Assembly: GCA_030248215.1 (NCBI GenBank)
Contig: JASANG010000424.1
Span: 496,001-557,916, forward strand
Direction: 5' to 3'
Source: Enoplolaimus lenunculus
Taxonomy: Eukaryota
Length of the DNA stretch: 61,916 nt
Part shown: positions 14,301 through 25,900 of the stretch, piece after piece
Position numbering within the stretch: the first letter of the stretch is position 1
Layout of the letters: every line of letters starts with the position of its first letter
Notes under the pieces: model-generated
The model's database searches: none
What the model was told of the DNA's origin: nothing
The model's input: only the letters and a program-made list of their open reading frames with translations
Position numbers and translations under genes: made by a program

Positions 14301-16595
14301 TGTAGTACAGTTATCGACAGTTAGAAATGTAACAGTTGTAAACAAGCGAACTGTACAAGCTAGAAGTTTGCAACATGAGCACGCACAAAGGCATATGTCC
14401 CTCATAATAAAAGACGAAGTGATTCGAAAAATTTCTCACGTAATATCGTTCTGTATAGTCCATATATATACTTATTTGAAAATCTGCTGGCACCACAAAG
14501 TAACAGCTGATTGATTACGTCTCTGGCAAAACTAAAAGTTTCAAAATTCAAGCGTGTCTCAATGTTTCTAAATGTCCGATCTTTTTCAACTAAACCTTTC
14601 GACAAATGTCAGAAATGTTTCGCGTCGGCTATAATTTGAACACTCTAACAATACGTGGTTAGTGGTTCAAATCAGTGTGACAACAAAGGTTCGGATTGGA
14701 ATTAGGCAAAAATTTGCGGTTCGGATTCGGTTGTAAAAAAGCGGAATCCGAAAGCTGAATCCGACAATGTTCAGCAACATATGTATTAAAAAATTTCAAA
14801 TAACTTTTTACGTATATAAATAAATATTTTTGTTTTACTAACGTTTAGAAGTTATGCGGCTGGCATTGCGTTGATATTCCGGAATAAATTATAGATATAT
14901 GTAACTCATATTTGTAACATGCAAGATTCGGATTCCGATTCGGTAAATTAGCTTTGGATTCGGATTTGGTCATATCGTGGATTCGATGCCACCCTGGTTC
15001 TAATTTTACCTGATTCCTACCACACTGATACCCATTTTAGCTGCCAGCTGCAATAGTTGTTCCGCTTCGTTGACTGGATCTGCGCCAAATTTTAGATTCA
15101 ACTGACACACTGCAGTTGGATCCGACACTGCGATACGCAAAACCATCCTCAAATTGAAAAGCATTCAATACAATATTTGTGCCACAAAAACTTCAGCAAC
15201 TCGAGACAAATTATATGAACACAATTGTTTTTAAGAAATTAATATCTGGCAGACATTACAAGCAAGCAACTAGTTTTTTGTCCGGTTCCGGTTTGAAATG
15301 ACGTCAGACAAATTAATTACGTTTTCCTATCTTCAGTTATGCGTGTCTGCGGTTAAAACCAAGCACTGAAACACACATATTTGGCCATCATCAGTTTCGA
15401 ATACTTTTGCATCGTGGAAAATGTGACTCCCTTAGCGTAAACATTTAAGAAATGTACCCAGCGCCCATCAACAACCAACCGCTTCTACAAACAGTTAAAA
15501 ACACCAAACACAAGCCCTAAATTTAATAAAAAGACTTTTGATACCTGGCATCCGGATAATTCCGTTTCACTTTTTCCAGCTCTGTCGCACTATCAAACGT
15601 CATTAACGAGACGTTATTGGCAGCGGCAAATCGTATATGACTCGCGCCTTTGCATGGATTGGCGTATACAATACGGTCTGCGCTGACTCCAATGCCAAGA
15701 ATTTGTGCAATTTCTGGCTAAAGCAAAAGCAACAAAAATATATAGTATTTACGCAGAGTTTACGTTAAGAAAATTTCCATATAACCTACCTACTTCAAAA
15801 CATTAAGGCAAAAAATGATGTACGTACCTATAATGTCAAGAAATTGTGCACTGTTGAGCTACAAGCCAAAACAATGTCTAAAAACATACATTGCCATCAC
15901 AATTTTCGCAACAAAACTTGCACATACAGTGCTGCTACCTTGCTTGCACAATCGAATCCACATCCCAAATTGGCAAGAACTTGTACCAGTGCAGGATCGT
16001 TGTTACATTTAACAGCGTAAAACGGTTTCACACGAGGCAAGTTAGTTGCCCACGTGTTAAACTGTTTAACCAGTTGACCAACATCCATTACGTAGAACGC
16101 GTCGTCATTGCACTGCAAAAAATAAGTTTAGCTATATAGGAATTCAGATATTTCAAGTTTACATAGTCATAGATTAACCGAAATTATCTCGACCAAAATG
16201 CAAAACTGTGAATTCTCCACTACAACCGCAACAAATTGCTACTGTCTCAAATAGTTTTAAATTTGGATAGAATGCGCCAGCGATGTCCTAGTACGAATTA
16301 TAACAGCTAAGTGACACTAAACACATTCATAGCAAAAAAGACAACTCAGTCACATACATGTATACGCAAATAAAAAGCTTGGCATTGACTTAGCACCCAT
16401 TTAACTTACTTGCTCCGTTTTTCGTCGAGCCATAGTCTCCACGTACCACCTCGTTTCAGAACAAGTACAGTCAATCTCGAGACAACCTTCCGCATGATAG
16501 GCAAACATTTTCTCCAACTGCACGACATCGTCAATGTTTGGCAAAATTTCGACATGTGTCGCGCCCGGATTATCAATGAATGCTATTGTTGACAT
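11360..16595 (-). CDS. odc-1: Ornithine decarboxylase (fold-type III PLP enzyme), ~567 aa; exons 16595-16410, 16112-15939, 15717-15545, 15147-15010, 14270-13942, 13276-13164, 12836-12625, 12126-11935, 11546-11360
   Basis: All junctions are GT-AG and in phase. PLP lysine in [64 protein letters not shown], catalytic Cys in [19 protein letters not shown]. Catalytic residues are intact, so ODC rather than antizyme inhibitor. The last two exons (C-terminal tail) are less certain than the first seven. Confidence 0.95.
14662..14996 (-). mobile_element. hAT-like non-autonomous element with GGATTC/CCGAAT internal repeats
   Basis: Reverse-complement similarity to 27281-27540 (CAGAGTGGCATCG..ACCACGAT..GACCGAATCCGAATC); CAG termini; fragment also near 20070-20150. 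Confidence 0.55.
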
Positions 16596-17477
16596 GGTAC
16601 TGGCCTCCAATTCGGCAGGTATATAAATAAATCTAGCTTTCACAAACACAGGAGTCTATAGTGAGTGGCAAATGAGGGAGGACGTGTACAAGCACTAGCG
16701 ATGCAGTCACACTTAACTATAAGAGCCGTGGTACAATTAATGAACAGTAGCTAACTGGAAAATATATAGATAGGCGCTGTTGGGTAGTAAGTGATGTTGT
16801 AGACCGCGGAACGCAAGCGAAGTATTATAGATACAACACTATTGTCTAGACAGCTGACGCAGGAGTCTAACGGAGGGGAAAGTATAAGCGACGTTTCAAT
16901 TTACAATTGAGAATGTTTAAGTGGGAATTCAGGGGGAATCTCGTGAAGTCTTCGGTCAGGGATAGGGGAAGATACGGTTGCGGATCGGGTTATGGTGGTA
17001 TAAGGTGACGATTGTCTGAAACAAATAAACAACAAATAAACAACTGCATTAACAAGTTTAGCTTTCGTGTAAGTTATTCACATAAATACTAAGCAGCCTG
17101 CAAATGTCGCACAACAATTACGCATTATCGGAAATCTAAGATTAACGCAAAAGTATCCGTACGTACATATTTAACAATGCCGATTTTTATTTCGATATTC
17201 CAATTTAACCAATTCTGATATATCTATTTAATACTACGAGTGTTATTAGAAAAGTTCGCTGCATGAACTACAATATATACGTAATAACACAATTATGATT
17301 TGTTAGTTACCTGCCAGTTCTAGCAGCGATGGGTTAGAGTACTTATACCCAAATTGCGGTCGCAACCCGTAAACAAACAGCTGACCCTGGGTATGGCGAT
17401 TAGACACAAATTCAAATTGGGAAGGAATGATGATAGGCTGATTGAATTTAAAACTATAAATAATAAATCAAGGTAAC
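16596..17477 (-). promoter_or_regulatory. Long spliced, AUG-free 5' leader of the ODC mRNA (exonic 17477-17311 and 17015-16596)
   Basis: Acceptor TTTTAG before 17477, donor GCAG|GTAAC after 17311, acceptor TTTCAG before 17015. No ATG on the minus strand in ~590 exonic nt, whereas the intervening intron 17310-17016 has several. Confidence 0.75.
16990..17428 (-). CDS. Candidate non-AUG (AUU) uORF, 47 aa, ending Pro-Pro-stop; exons 17428-17311 and 17015-16990
   Basis: ATC-ATT-CCT start (A at -3); spliced frame reads IPSQFEFVSNRHTQGQLFVYGLRPQFGYKYSNPSLLELADNRHLIPP*. Start type, size and position resemble the uCC of AZIN1/ODC homologs. Confidence 0.65.
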
Positions 17478-17681
17478 CTAAAAGTTTACAAATTAAACAG
17501 GCGAATAACAAACTGAGAATTTTTCAAATGCGTATATATATGCATGCTGTTGTATTATTATCTTTGGGTTGCTGATGTAAAACTCGAGCGAACAGCATAT
17601 TTGAAAAAAGTCCACACTTTACATACATTGCACAGTAACTATGCAGTACACTGTTGAACAAATATAATATTGAAGTTAAGA

Positions 17682-17769
17682 TGTTGAAGCAGTGCCGTGA
17701 TAGCTAAATTGGTAAGGTTGTTGGCCCGGTTAGTCAAAGGTAACTGGTTTGAATCCAGCAGGGTTCAAC
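17682..17769 (+). mobile_element. tRNA-derived repeat (SINE-like head or tRNA pseudogene)
   Basis: A-box-like TAGCTAAATTGG and B-box-like GGTTTGAATCC; related inverted copy at ~19934-20012 shares the 5' flank GTTGAAGCAGT; cloverleaf stems are poor, so not called a functional tRNA. Confidence 0.55.
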
Positions 17770-19933
17770 CGGAATTCCAATTTCGATTTAAATCATGTTT
17801 CGATTCCGATTCCACAATTAATTGGAATTTTGAAATTTTTATTTTAATCCAACTTCTTGCGATACGTTGCACAAAAATTATTAAACTGCTTCCTATAAGT
17901 TAACTTATCAATAATTGATTATTGTTTAGCTTTCCAGAACCACAAATCATCGCCAATTTGTTCATGCGACGTTTTGAAAATTGTTGCCAGCCTATAGACA
18001 TCATAAAGTAATATTATATTTGTCAATACAAATTATCCGCACGGTCACAAAATTTGTTAAGACACCAGTTTGCTAAGCTAGATTACGACGCAGCATTTGA
18101 TATCCTTCAATAACAAAGTGCAATAACAAAACAACAACGAAAAATACATACAAACACTTTTTCGTCATTAATGTAGCTATGTTATAGACGCGATACAAAT
18201 CTATATCAGTTATCCCATTAAACAATTCAAACGCGAAATAACATAGCGTTCACGCCAGATGACGAGCGCAGTTATTTTTAAACCAAATGTTTACTAGGTC
18301 ACAATTCGTATGCGCAAATAAGGTGTCATATAAACCTTATTTTTGGCATATACGACGCTAAAATTTTGAGCCCCAAAATTTGTACCAAACATTGTACCGT
18401 AGCAGGTTGCAGGAAGTCTGGCCAAAGCAAGACAATATTCTGCGCAAATTTTAAAAAATGAACCATCACGGCAAAACAACAGCACGGCTGTAAATTGGAC
18501 GGTTTGATTCTTGTACCTATAATATTAAAATAAATTCTGAATGATATAAGACTCAACATAGGAGCCCCGGGAAAGGTACAACCAAGCCTCTTTTCAGTTC
18601 ACTTATATAGAGTGTTTTAGACACCACTTAAATTACGTGACCCTCTCAGTGTTGTCAATTTTACTAGGATTGTGTCGTCTAAGGAAAGTATTATAAGCAA
18701 ATATCTTTCGTCAGAATTGCTGCTTTTTATGCTGCCCACAGTGCCAGAACAGGTTTGGGTAGCCATATCGAAATACCGAAATGGGAGCCTCTTGCGGTGA
18801 TAGAAAATAATTTTCAGGTTTTTGTTTAAAAATTGATTAGGGTATAGGACCCTTTTTTGGCTGCCTCCCAAATGATGGTATGTTGGTGGCTGCTCCAGCC
18901 CTAGTTGCCCATTTTTATTTTCAAGTATCGTTCATGTAGAATCGCATGAAAACAGAATAAAATTTTCTCCCGCTGTTCATAGTGGATCGACAATTTCTCT
19001 GTCTTGGAGCCGCTAATTTGGCCAGGTTCCCAGAGGTACTGAAGGCGATAAACCCAACTCTACGTTGCCGCTCTGTTTTATCGTTCATATGTGCGGTCTG
19101 CATAATAAATCAGCACCTGGCTTAAAATTCGACCTGTCATGTGCAGCAACAACCCAGCCGAGCGACAGTACATGCATTTCTGCTTGTATATTTTAAAACT
19201 GGAACCAGAGGTAAAAACCGAAACCAGTGCGTAGCGCATCAACCGTATCTCAAAGATAAACATTTATTCCACAATAAAATATATCAGTAATTATAACAGT
19301 CGCTTATGTAAAAGAACCGTAGGCAAAAGCTCATACATGGTTAAGAAATTAGATATTTCTACTTTTGTTTCATACAGTTAATACACAAAGACCGCTTCAA
19401 ATTTAAAAAAACGCGGGTTAATGCAAAAAATAACAAAACATACTTTGGTTGTTCAAAAATGCCCCGTAATTAAAATGTTTTTTAATCAGCGGTTGAGAAG
19501 GTGTTTTCATGGCGGTACTGAACCGATATTTAAATGTGTATGCTGTTTCCAATACATGCGTCCTGACAGTATTACTTATAACAATTGAAATATATGCGTA
19601 TGGTTTTATACTTGTACACACAATGTAAGGGAACATCCGGATTGATGTCTAAGAAGTGGAATCTAATGCAAGGCTTTCTAGGACAAGAATAAAATGTATG
19701 TTTATTACGTAGCTAGGAAATGTGTTGTGCTAAAATGTGGCCTAAAAATGACAAGCCAAAGACGCCGTGAAGACTCGCCATGGGTCATGCGTTATATATT
19801 CAAAATTCTTTGATATCAAATTTGACTACTGAGGAAACTAGCGAAATTATTTGCGTTTCGTCGCACTCGTGTATGGTTGCGCGGTCTTTGGATAATTATG
19901 CAAGTGTTATGTTAGTGCTAAGTAGTTAAAACA

Positions 19934-20012
19934 ATTGACCACGGCTGGATTCGAGCCATGGCTAACCGAGCCAACACTCGTAGCAACGGAGCTATTGCGG
20001 CACTGCTTCAAC
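19934..20012 (-). mobile_element. tRNA-derived repeat, second copy
   Basis: Reverse complement reads GTTGAAGCAGTGCCGCAATAGCTCCGTTG...GGCTCGAATCCAGCCGTGGTCAA. Confidence 0.5.
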
Positions 20013-22449
20013 TACTTGTGCTTGCTGTAAGCATGTGAGACATGCTTGTCCGTTATGTGCACATGCAATACAGTGTATTCGGATTTGGATTCGGCAAAAA
20101 TTTGTGGTTAGGATTCGGATTCGGTTGTGAAAAAGCTTTATCCATAAGGCGAATCTTTTGCGATCAAATACATTTGTCTAGCAATATAAACGGCTATTTT
20201 GATAAAACAAAATTTTTTACGTACCTATATTCTCACTGAATATTCATGGGTCTGGTTGGTACCCGTCCAGCCCCAGTGCTAGGGGTTCTGGCGTCGGGGC
20301 AACTCTAGTTGGAGCTATACATACGATTGGTGTGATAAGCGTGTACATATCATTTTCAAGTTTATTTGTTGCCAGATAACTGTCCCAGCGAAAGAACTAA
20401 TTTTCCTTTTCCGGAGGAAAACCCAGATTATTACAATAAAGAAAAGCAAACATCTTTGTGAGAAAGAGGCTGCCATGAAATATTGATTGTAATAAAAACT
20501 AATTCTTGCGTTATTGCGTTGTAATTTTGCCCTCTCGTGTATGTCATTCAATGTCTTTTCATAGTTGCAAAATGTTAGTCATTTTCGCTCCGAAGCAGAG
20601 TTATATAATTCGTTCTGTGAAATAATTTTCTTGGATTGTTTCTAAATTACTCTTCGTTTACTGATTTAGAACATCGGAGTATTTCGTAACTTAGCATGAT
20701 TTTGCGTTATTTATATTAGTTTTGTTCCTGGTCGTACTGTCGATTTTGCACAGAATTTTGCTAGCTAAATGCAATGAGAAAATAAAGCAGTAAATTTAAG
20801 GCACAAATTATATAAAATTACACCATGTGTGATATAGAATAACTCACAGTGGTAAATATACGTTTACAACTTTAGACTACGTGTACGTAACTTAAGCAGG
20901 TTCACAAACACCAAGTCTACAATGTTTTGATAAATCTTACTTTATTGTAGTACTTATTAATGGGTAAACTTTGACAAAATAACACACAATTCACGATAAA
21001 CTCTACCGGCAAAACACAAATTGTAAACGCGCAACTCTTCATTAATTTTTAAGCTTGAACTTAAAATTCTTTAGATTATTGGATTACAATTTTGTTAGAA
21101 ATATTGATTTTTAGAAAGTTTTTGCATGCGCGGCGTCTATACAACAGCAAAAAACATAACACAATACATGAAAATAATACATAAAACTCGTAACACAAAT
21201 CAACGTAATAACGTTGCCTACTTATGTAGTTACGTAATTATGGAATAAAAGTGTAAATTGGTAAATATTTTGTAGACTTTATTATAGCCCCTCCGGAAAC
21301 CGATCCGGCCCTGTTCTATACATGGGCCACAATTTTTATGCCGAGCATCCCAGTCACAAAATCCTGGCTACGTCCATGCTCAAGACGGCATGTATCACCG
21401 AACTTCATCAACTACCATCTTGCAGGCAAAATTGTTGACTTAAAGACTCAAACGTGACATAACATCATACTAACGACTATGTCACTATTTATTTTAAACT
21501 AAAGACGCATAGTGCAGTTTAATGATCAATTAAAGTCTTAATTATACAAACATATTCTACACACATAACAATTTTATGCAGTGTAGATATGTGAATATAG
21601 ATAACGGTGAAATTTGCGTTAACCTGACCTTAACACATGTCACAAAATTTTGTGTGACACGTGTAAGGGTGAGGTTAACAGAGAAATTTAAGGTAAGGTA
21701 GGGTTAATGAGTGGCAATTTTAAAATTTGCCACTCATTAACCCCAGCGCTGGGCAATTTCGGTGGCAAAGGGAAAAAAGATAAAGTGGATGCTGCATTAC
21801 ATAAAAATACAGAAAATGGGGTTAAAGTGATATTTTTTGGAAGAATTTTGAAAGCAAAGAAACAAAATTATGTATTTCGCGAGTCACAATTAATCAAATG
21901 TAAGAAAAAGAGAGCGAACTGATAGCCCCGGACGCTCTGAAAAAAATGAAAAAGTGAGCGAGAATGATTTGATAATACAAAAAAGGAAAACCCGGAATTC
22001 CAGGAATGTAAGACTAAGACATCACACCACCTACAGGAACGACCCTTATTTGAAGTTTCGTCGAAAGTTAAGTGAAGACCACACTGGGAATGACACCTTG
22101 GCCTCTTTTGCATTCATACTGCAACTACAGCGCGCGGTTGCTGAAACAACTTTTTTTGGCTTCACGTATACATTTCTTCCCGTGCACTTACATATGTACG
22201 TATATATGCCGTGACTGCGGGCCGTAGACAGAAGGATTTACGACGTTAGACCCGTAGAAAAGTTTCAATCTCTGTTTTGAATCTTTTGACAAATTTGTGT
22301 GGCTCAATTAGCCTGTTTAATTGTGTTTAGTGCACATGTATATCTTTCTTGGCTTTACATACATTTCCCTTCGCATGCATTTATGTGTATATGCCGAGAC
22401 TGTGGGCCACAGGCAGAGGAGTTCAGGGGGAAACACACAACAAAAGTTT

Positions 22450-22765
22450 CAATCCCTTTCCCAAGTGAGCCTGCAACAGCACGCATGATTGCGTTACTTA
22501 GGGCATCAGCGACTTTGGTTGCATGATGTGTAATGAACGTGAACATGCTGTCAAGGGTGATGCCTAGTTGCCTTGGTTTTGATGTGGTGGGGATGGGGGA
22601 CCCATTGGCTGTGATTGGCTGTGCCTTGTTAACTTCGTGCGAGAATGTTGTGAATGTGGTTGCCGTTGATTTGCCTGGAGACAGTTGCAGTTGGCGGTGA
22701 TGGAGCCATCTTGCCAGTGTTGAACTTGCCAGGTACCGATTGAGGTGTTCACATAGCGGCGGCAC
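22450..22765 (-). pseudogene. Degraded non-LTR retrotransposon reverse transcriptase fragment
   Basis: LNRYL..LQLSPGKSTATTF..PRQLGITLDS..IMRAVAGS aligns by eye with LNDYI..LAISPTKSTVTIL..PKILGVTLDP..ILKALAGS of the LINE at 25467-26700. Confidence 0.8.
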
Positions 22766-22960
22766 GGTTTTGCTTGCCCTTATTTACGTGCGCAACCGGA
22801 TACAGGTCAGGGTTGCGACACTTGCTACGGAAATACTTACTGGGTTATAGTGTTTTGTACACAAAGTTTTCTGTGACATCATTCACAGTGTTACAACTAA
22901 AACTACAAAAATTGACTAATAATGTGATTACATGATTGTTGCTACTCTAAGACGTTTGCT

Positions 22961-25900
22961 ATGGAAACCACCAGTCCAAATTTTAGTAGCATTCAGAGCG
23001 AGCTCAACCGAATTGTACAAGACACGCAGGGAACTTCAGTAACTGATTCTTCCGTGTTTTCAAGTCCTCGCAGTTGTCCTACTAGAGGTAAGTTTGGGCG
23101 AGTGCAATGGGTTCGTCGGAGTTACCTCTCTCAGCTGTGGCAAAGTGATACCACAATGCATTCTAAGGATATTAGATAACAGTGTTTCCGATTTTCGTAG
23201 CCAGACTTTCATTTCTTGAGGCCTGCCCTCTCCCTTTCGTTCACACCGTTGTTCCCATCCGTTAGGGGACCTGTGGTGAGTTTAATGTTAGGGTAATTTT
23301 TCAACTTGGCAATGTTTAGTTTTCAACGAAAATTTGCCGTGTTTGCTCGATACGCTAGCGAAACAGTCATTTAAAACTTCGTGTTCACAGTTTGGGATTT
23401 CATTGCACGAAGGTCACGACGACAAGCAAACAGATAGACTTGTGAACAATGACGGGTAAGTTTGGGATTCGTATGTAAATATTGTGTAATGATATCGTAT
23501 TGGCATGTTGGTCAATGTTATGTTTAGGAGAGCAATGTTAACGCAAGCTTATGCTTAGCTCTGAACTAAGCATACGCAAAACCATAAAGATTAGTTTATG
23601 GCCTTAATCTACTCTTTTTGCGGCCTCGAGTGAAAACGGAACTCTCATACGTAGCACTAATATGGGAGAGTTTGCGTATGTCTATTGGTGTTGCCAAATA
23701 TAAGTGCTGGGTTTCTGGTACCTTTATTAAGTGCACTTAAGTATTTACTAAGCAATTACTCAAATAATTTACCGTTTCTGGAAGCGTACTTAAGTTAACT
23801 AAATACTTTAGTATACTCACCTAGTTTAATGAATTGCGTACTAAACAGTTTTGGCATAGTTCAGTTGAGATTGTAGATTCATGGAACATCTTTAGCATAA
23901 AGGGAAACTATGGCTTTCTTGCGATGACGCTGACCCTTTGCATTTTTTGCCCAAAAAGTTAAGTATTTACTTAAGTTTGTGACTTAAATACTCGATAAAA
24001 GGGTACAAATTTCGCCACTACGTACATATATTGAAATACAATTAGTTGAAAGTTTATTTTCCGTCAATTAGTTGTTGTTTGGTTTGTTTTGAATTATAAC
24101 TGTCTGTAGTTACGGACGGCACAACTGCCAATTAGTTTAAATTGGTGCTAAGGAGCGACATATATTTGTGCGATTGCATGTTTATTTGTATACTATATAT
24201 TATCTAGAATTTATAATTTCCAGATTATCCCGACAACTGTTGGCGTACACAACTAACGGAATACTTCAGCTGAAGCGTAGGGATATGGCGATTTTGAAAC
24301 CTCGTAAGCTTGTAAGTCTAATCTTGTGTTCAGCAGACTTTTTGATCGAGGCTTTTGGCGTAATTAAAGTATACTGAATCAGATAATTTAGGGCTCATTA
24401 GGTGTTAAGATGATTACAGAGCAAGATTTACCACTGTCGTTTAATGAAACTTCCACAGACTACTAATAATACAAACAATTCTGCCTCCGGATAAAAACTC
24501 CTCAGCGGGCTAAGTTTAACGTATACGTATGCAAATATCAATGTGGACCTCTACAGTGTTTTTCAGATAATTTGATTTTGTAATTTTCTGTTGGCTCTGC
24601 GGGCTTCACATAACTAATTCAGATTGGTTTGGCGTTAGTTTAGGTATGCATGTTATTAGTACGCTGGCTGTATGTTTAATGGCACTGGAAGTAGTTGGAC
24701 CGGTGAAATATTCGACACATATACCATAAGTTAGGCAGAGTCTGGATAAAGTGTTTTTATTTTGAACACCCATTAAATTTTGTTGTATATGTGTAGTATA
24801 CTTTATAATTTAACCATGAGCTTAAAACAGTGATGAACTTCCGGGAGCCTCCTAAAGTTTCACAGTTGCAGCAGAAAGCTTTTTATTAACTGTACTATAT
24901 AAAATTTAAACATGATTGTAATCGAAATCTAGTGATAGGCGCTGCACACATTTGAGAATGCTAGCCTTTCTCACATATCTTGTGTTGAAAATGGCATTGT
25001 GCATACATAGATGTTTCGGAGTTTCAGAACTTACAAGATAAACTACGTCATTTGCAACGCAATGCTGTCAAATTAAAGCGATGTCTTTCGAATGCTCAAT
25101 CAAACGAACAGTGTGGTTCAAATCAGCTTCAAGAGTTTGTAACTGCGATTCAAAATAACGCTCAACTTCAGGTTGGATTCATTATTTGTTGGGTTGAAAT
25201 TTTTTAAGAGTTGTTTCTGTTCTTTATGTACAGCCAGGGAGATAGGCTTTTTAGTTGATATGTGGAGTACGTATAGCAACATTCTACACAGTGCACACTG
25301 TAACAGAAGTTATTTAATCGTATGCTGATCAGGGATGGACGGCTTCGGTAAAAAAGATAGACCGAGACCGAAACCCAACCTACCGAGACCGAGACTTTTG
25401 GTCTCGGTCTCGGTCAATTGTTGTTGTTGTTGTTGTCGTGGCCGTCAGTGTCGTCCAGCAGAGCGGTTATAGATCAAGAAATTGAGCGACCTCGACCGGT
25501 TTTCGCCATAGGTCCTCAGGTATCAGCGTTGTGGGTTTTGCATTGCAGTTGAAGAGATGTATGGTGTTGTGTGGTGTAGACCCGCAGTTCGGACATTTGT
25601 CTGGGATTGTTGCATCAATCCTGTGCCGGTAGCTGTGCAGCAGGAAGGAGTATCCCGATCGTAATTGTGTTATCTTTGAACGCTTGGCTCGGTCCAGTTT
25701 CATTTCTGAGACGTCGATTGGAGGTGGTGGGTACCCTCCCAGTACAACCTGATTGAGGTATTTTGATTTGACCACTGCTACTGTTGTTGTATGGATTTCG
25801 GATATCCGCGCCTTGATTTCGGACTTTGATAACTGATCTGGTGTTGGTGAGCCGATAGCATCTTGAGTGAACGATCTCAATGTGTTTTTCTTTCTTCTTT

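Noticed and set aside
11360..16595. Antizyme inhibitor (inactive ODC paralog) call
   Set aside because: PLP lysine (YAVKCN), GGG loop, EPGR and catalytic Cys (GPTCD) are all intact.
20244..20348. Minus-strand AUG ORF MYTLITPIVCIAPTRVAPTPEPLALGLDGYQPDP* ending Pro-stop near a donor-like site at 20225, and a GPIP* end near 18837
   Set aside because: No evidence these lie in the ODC mRNA; the surrounding sequence has many AUGs, unlike the supported leader.
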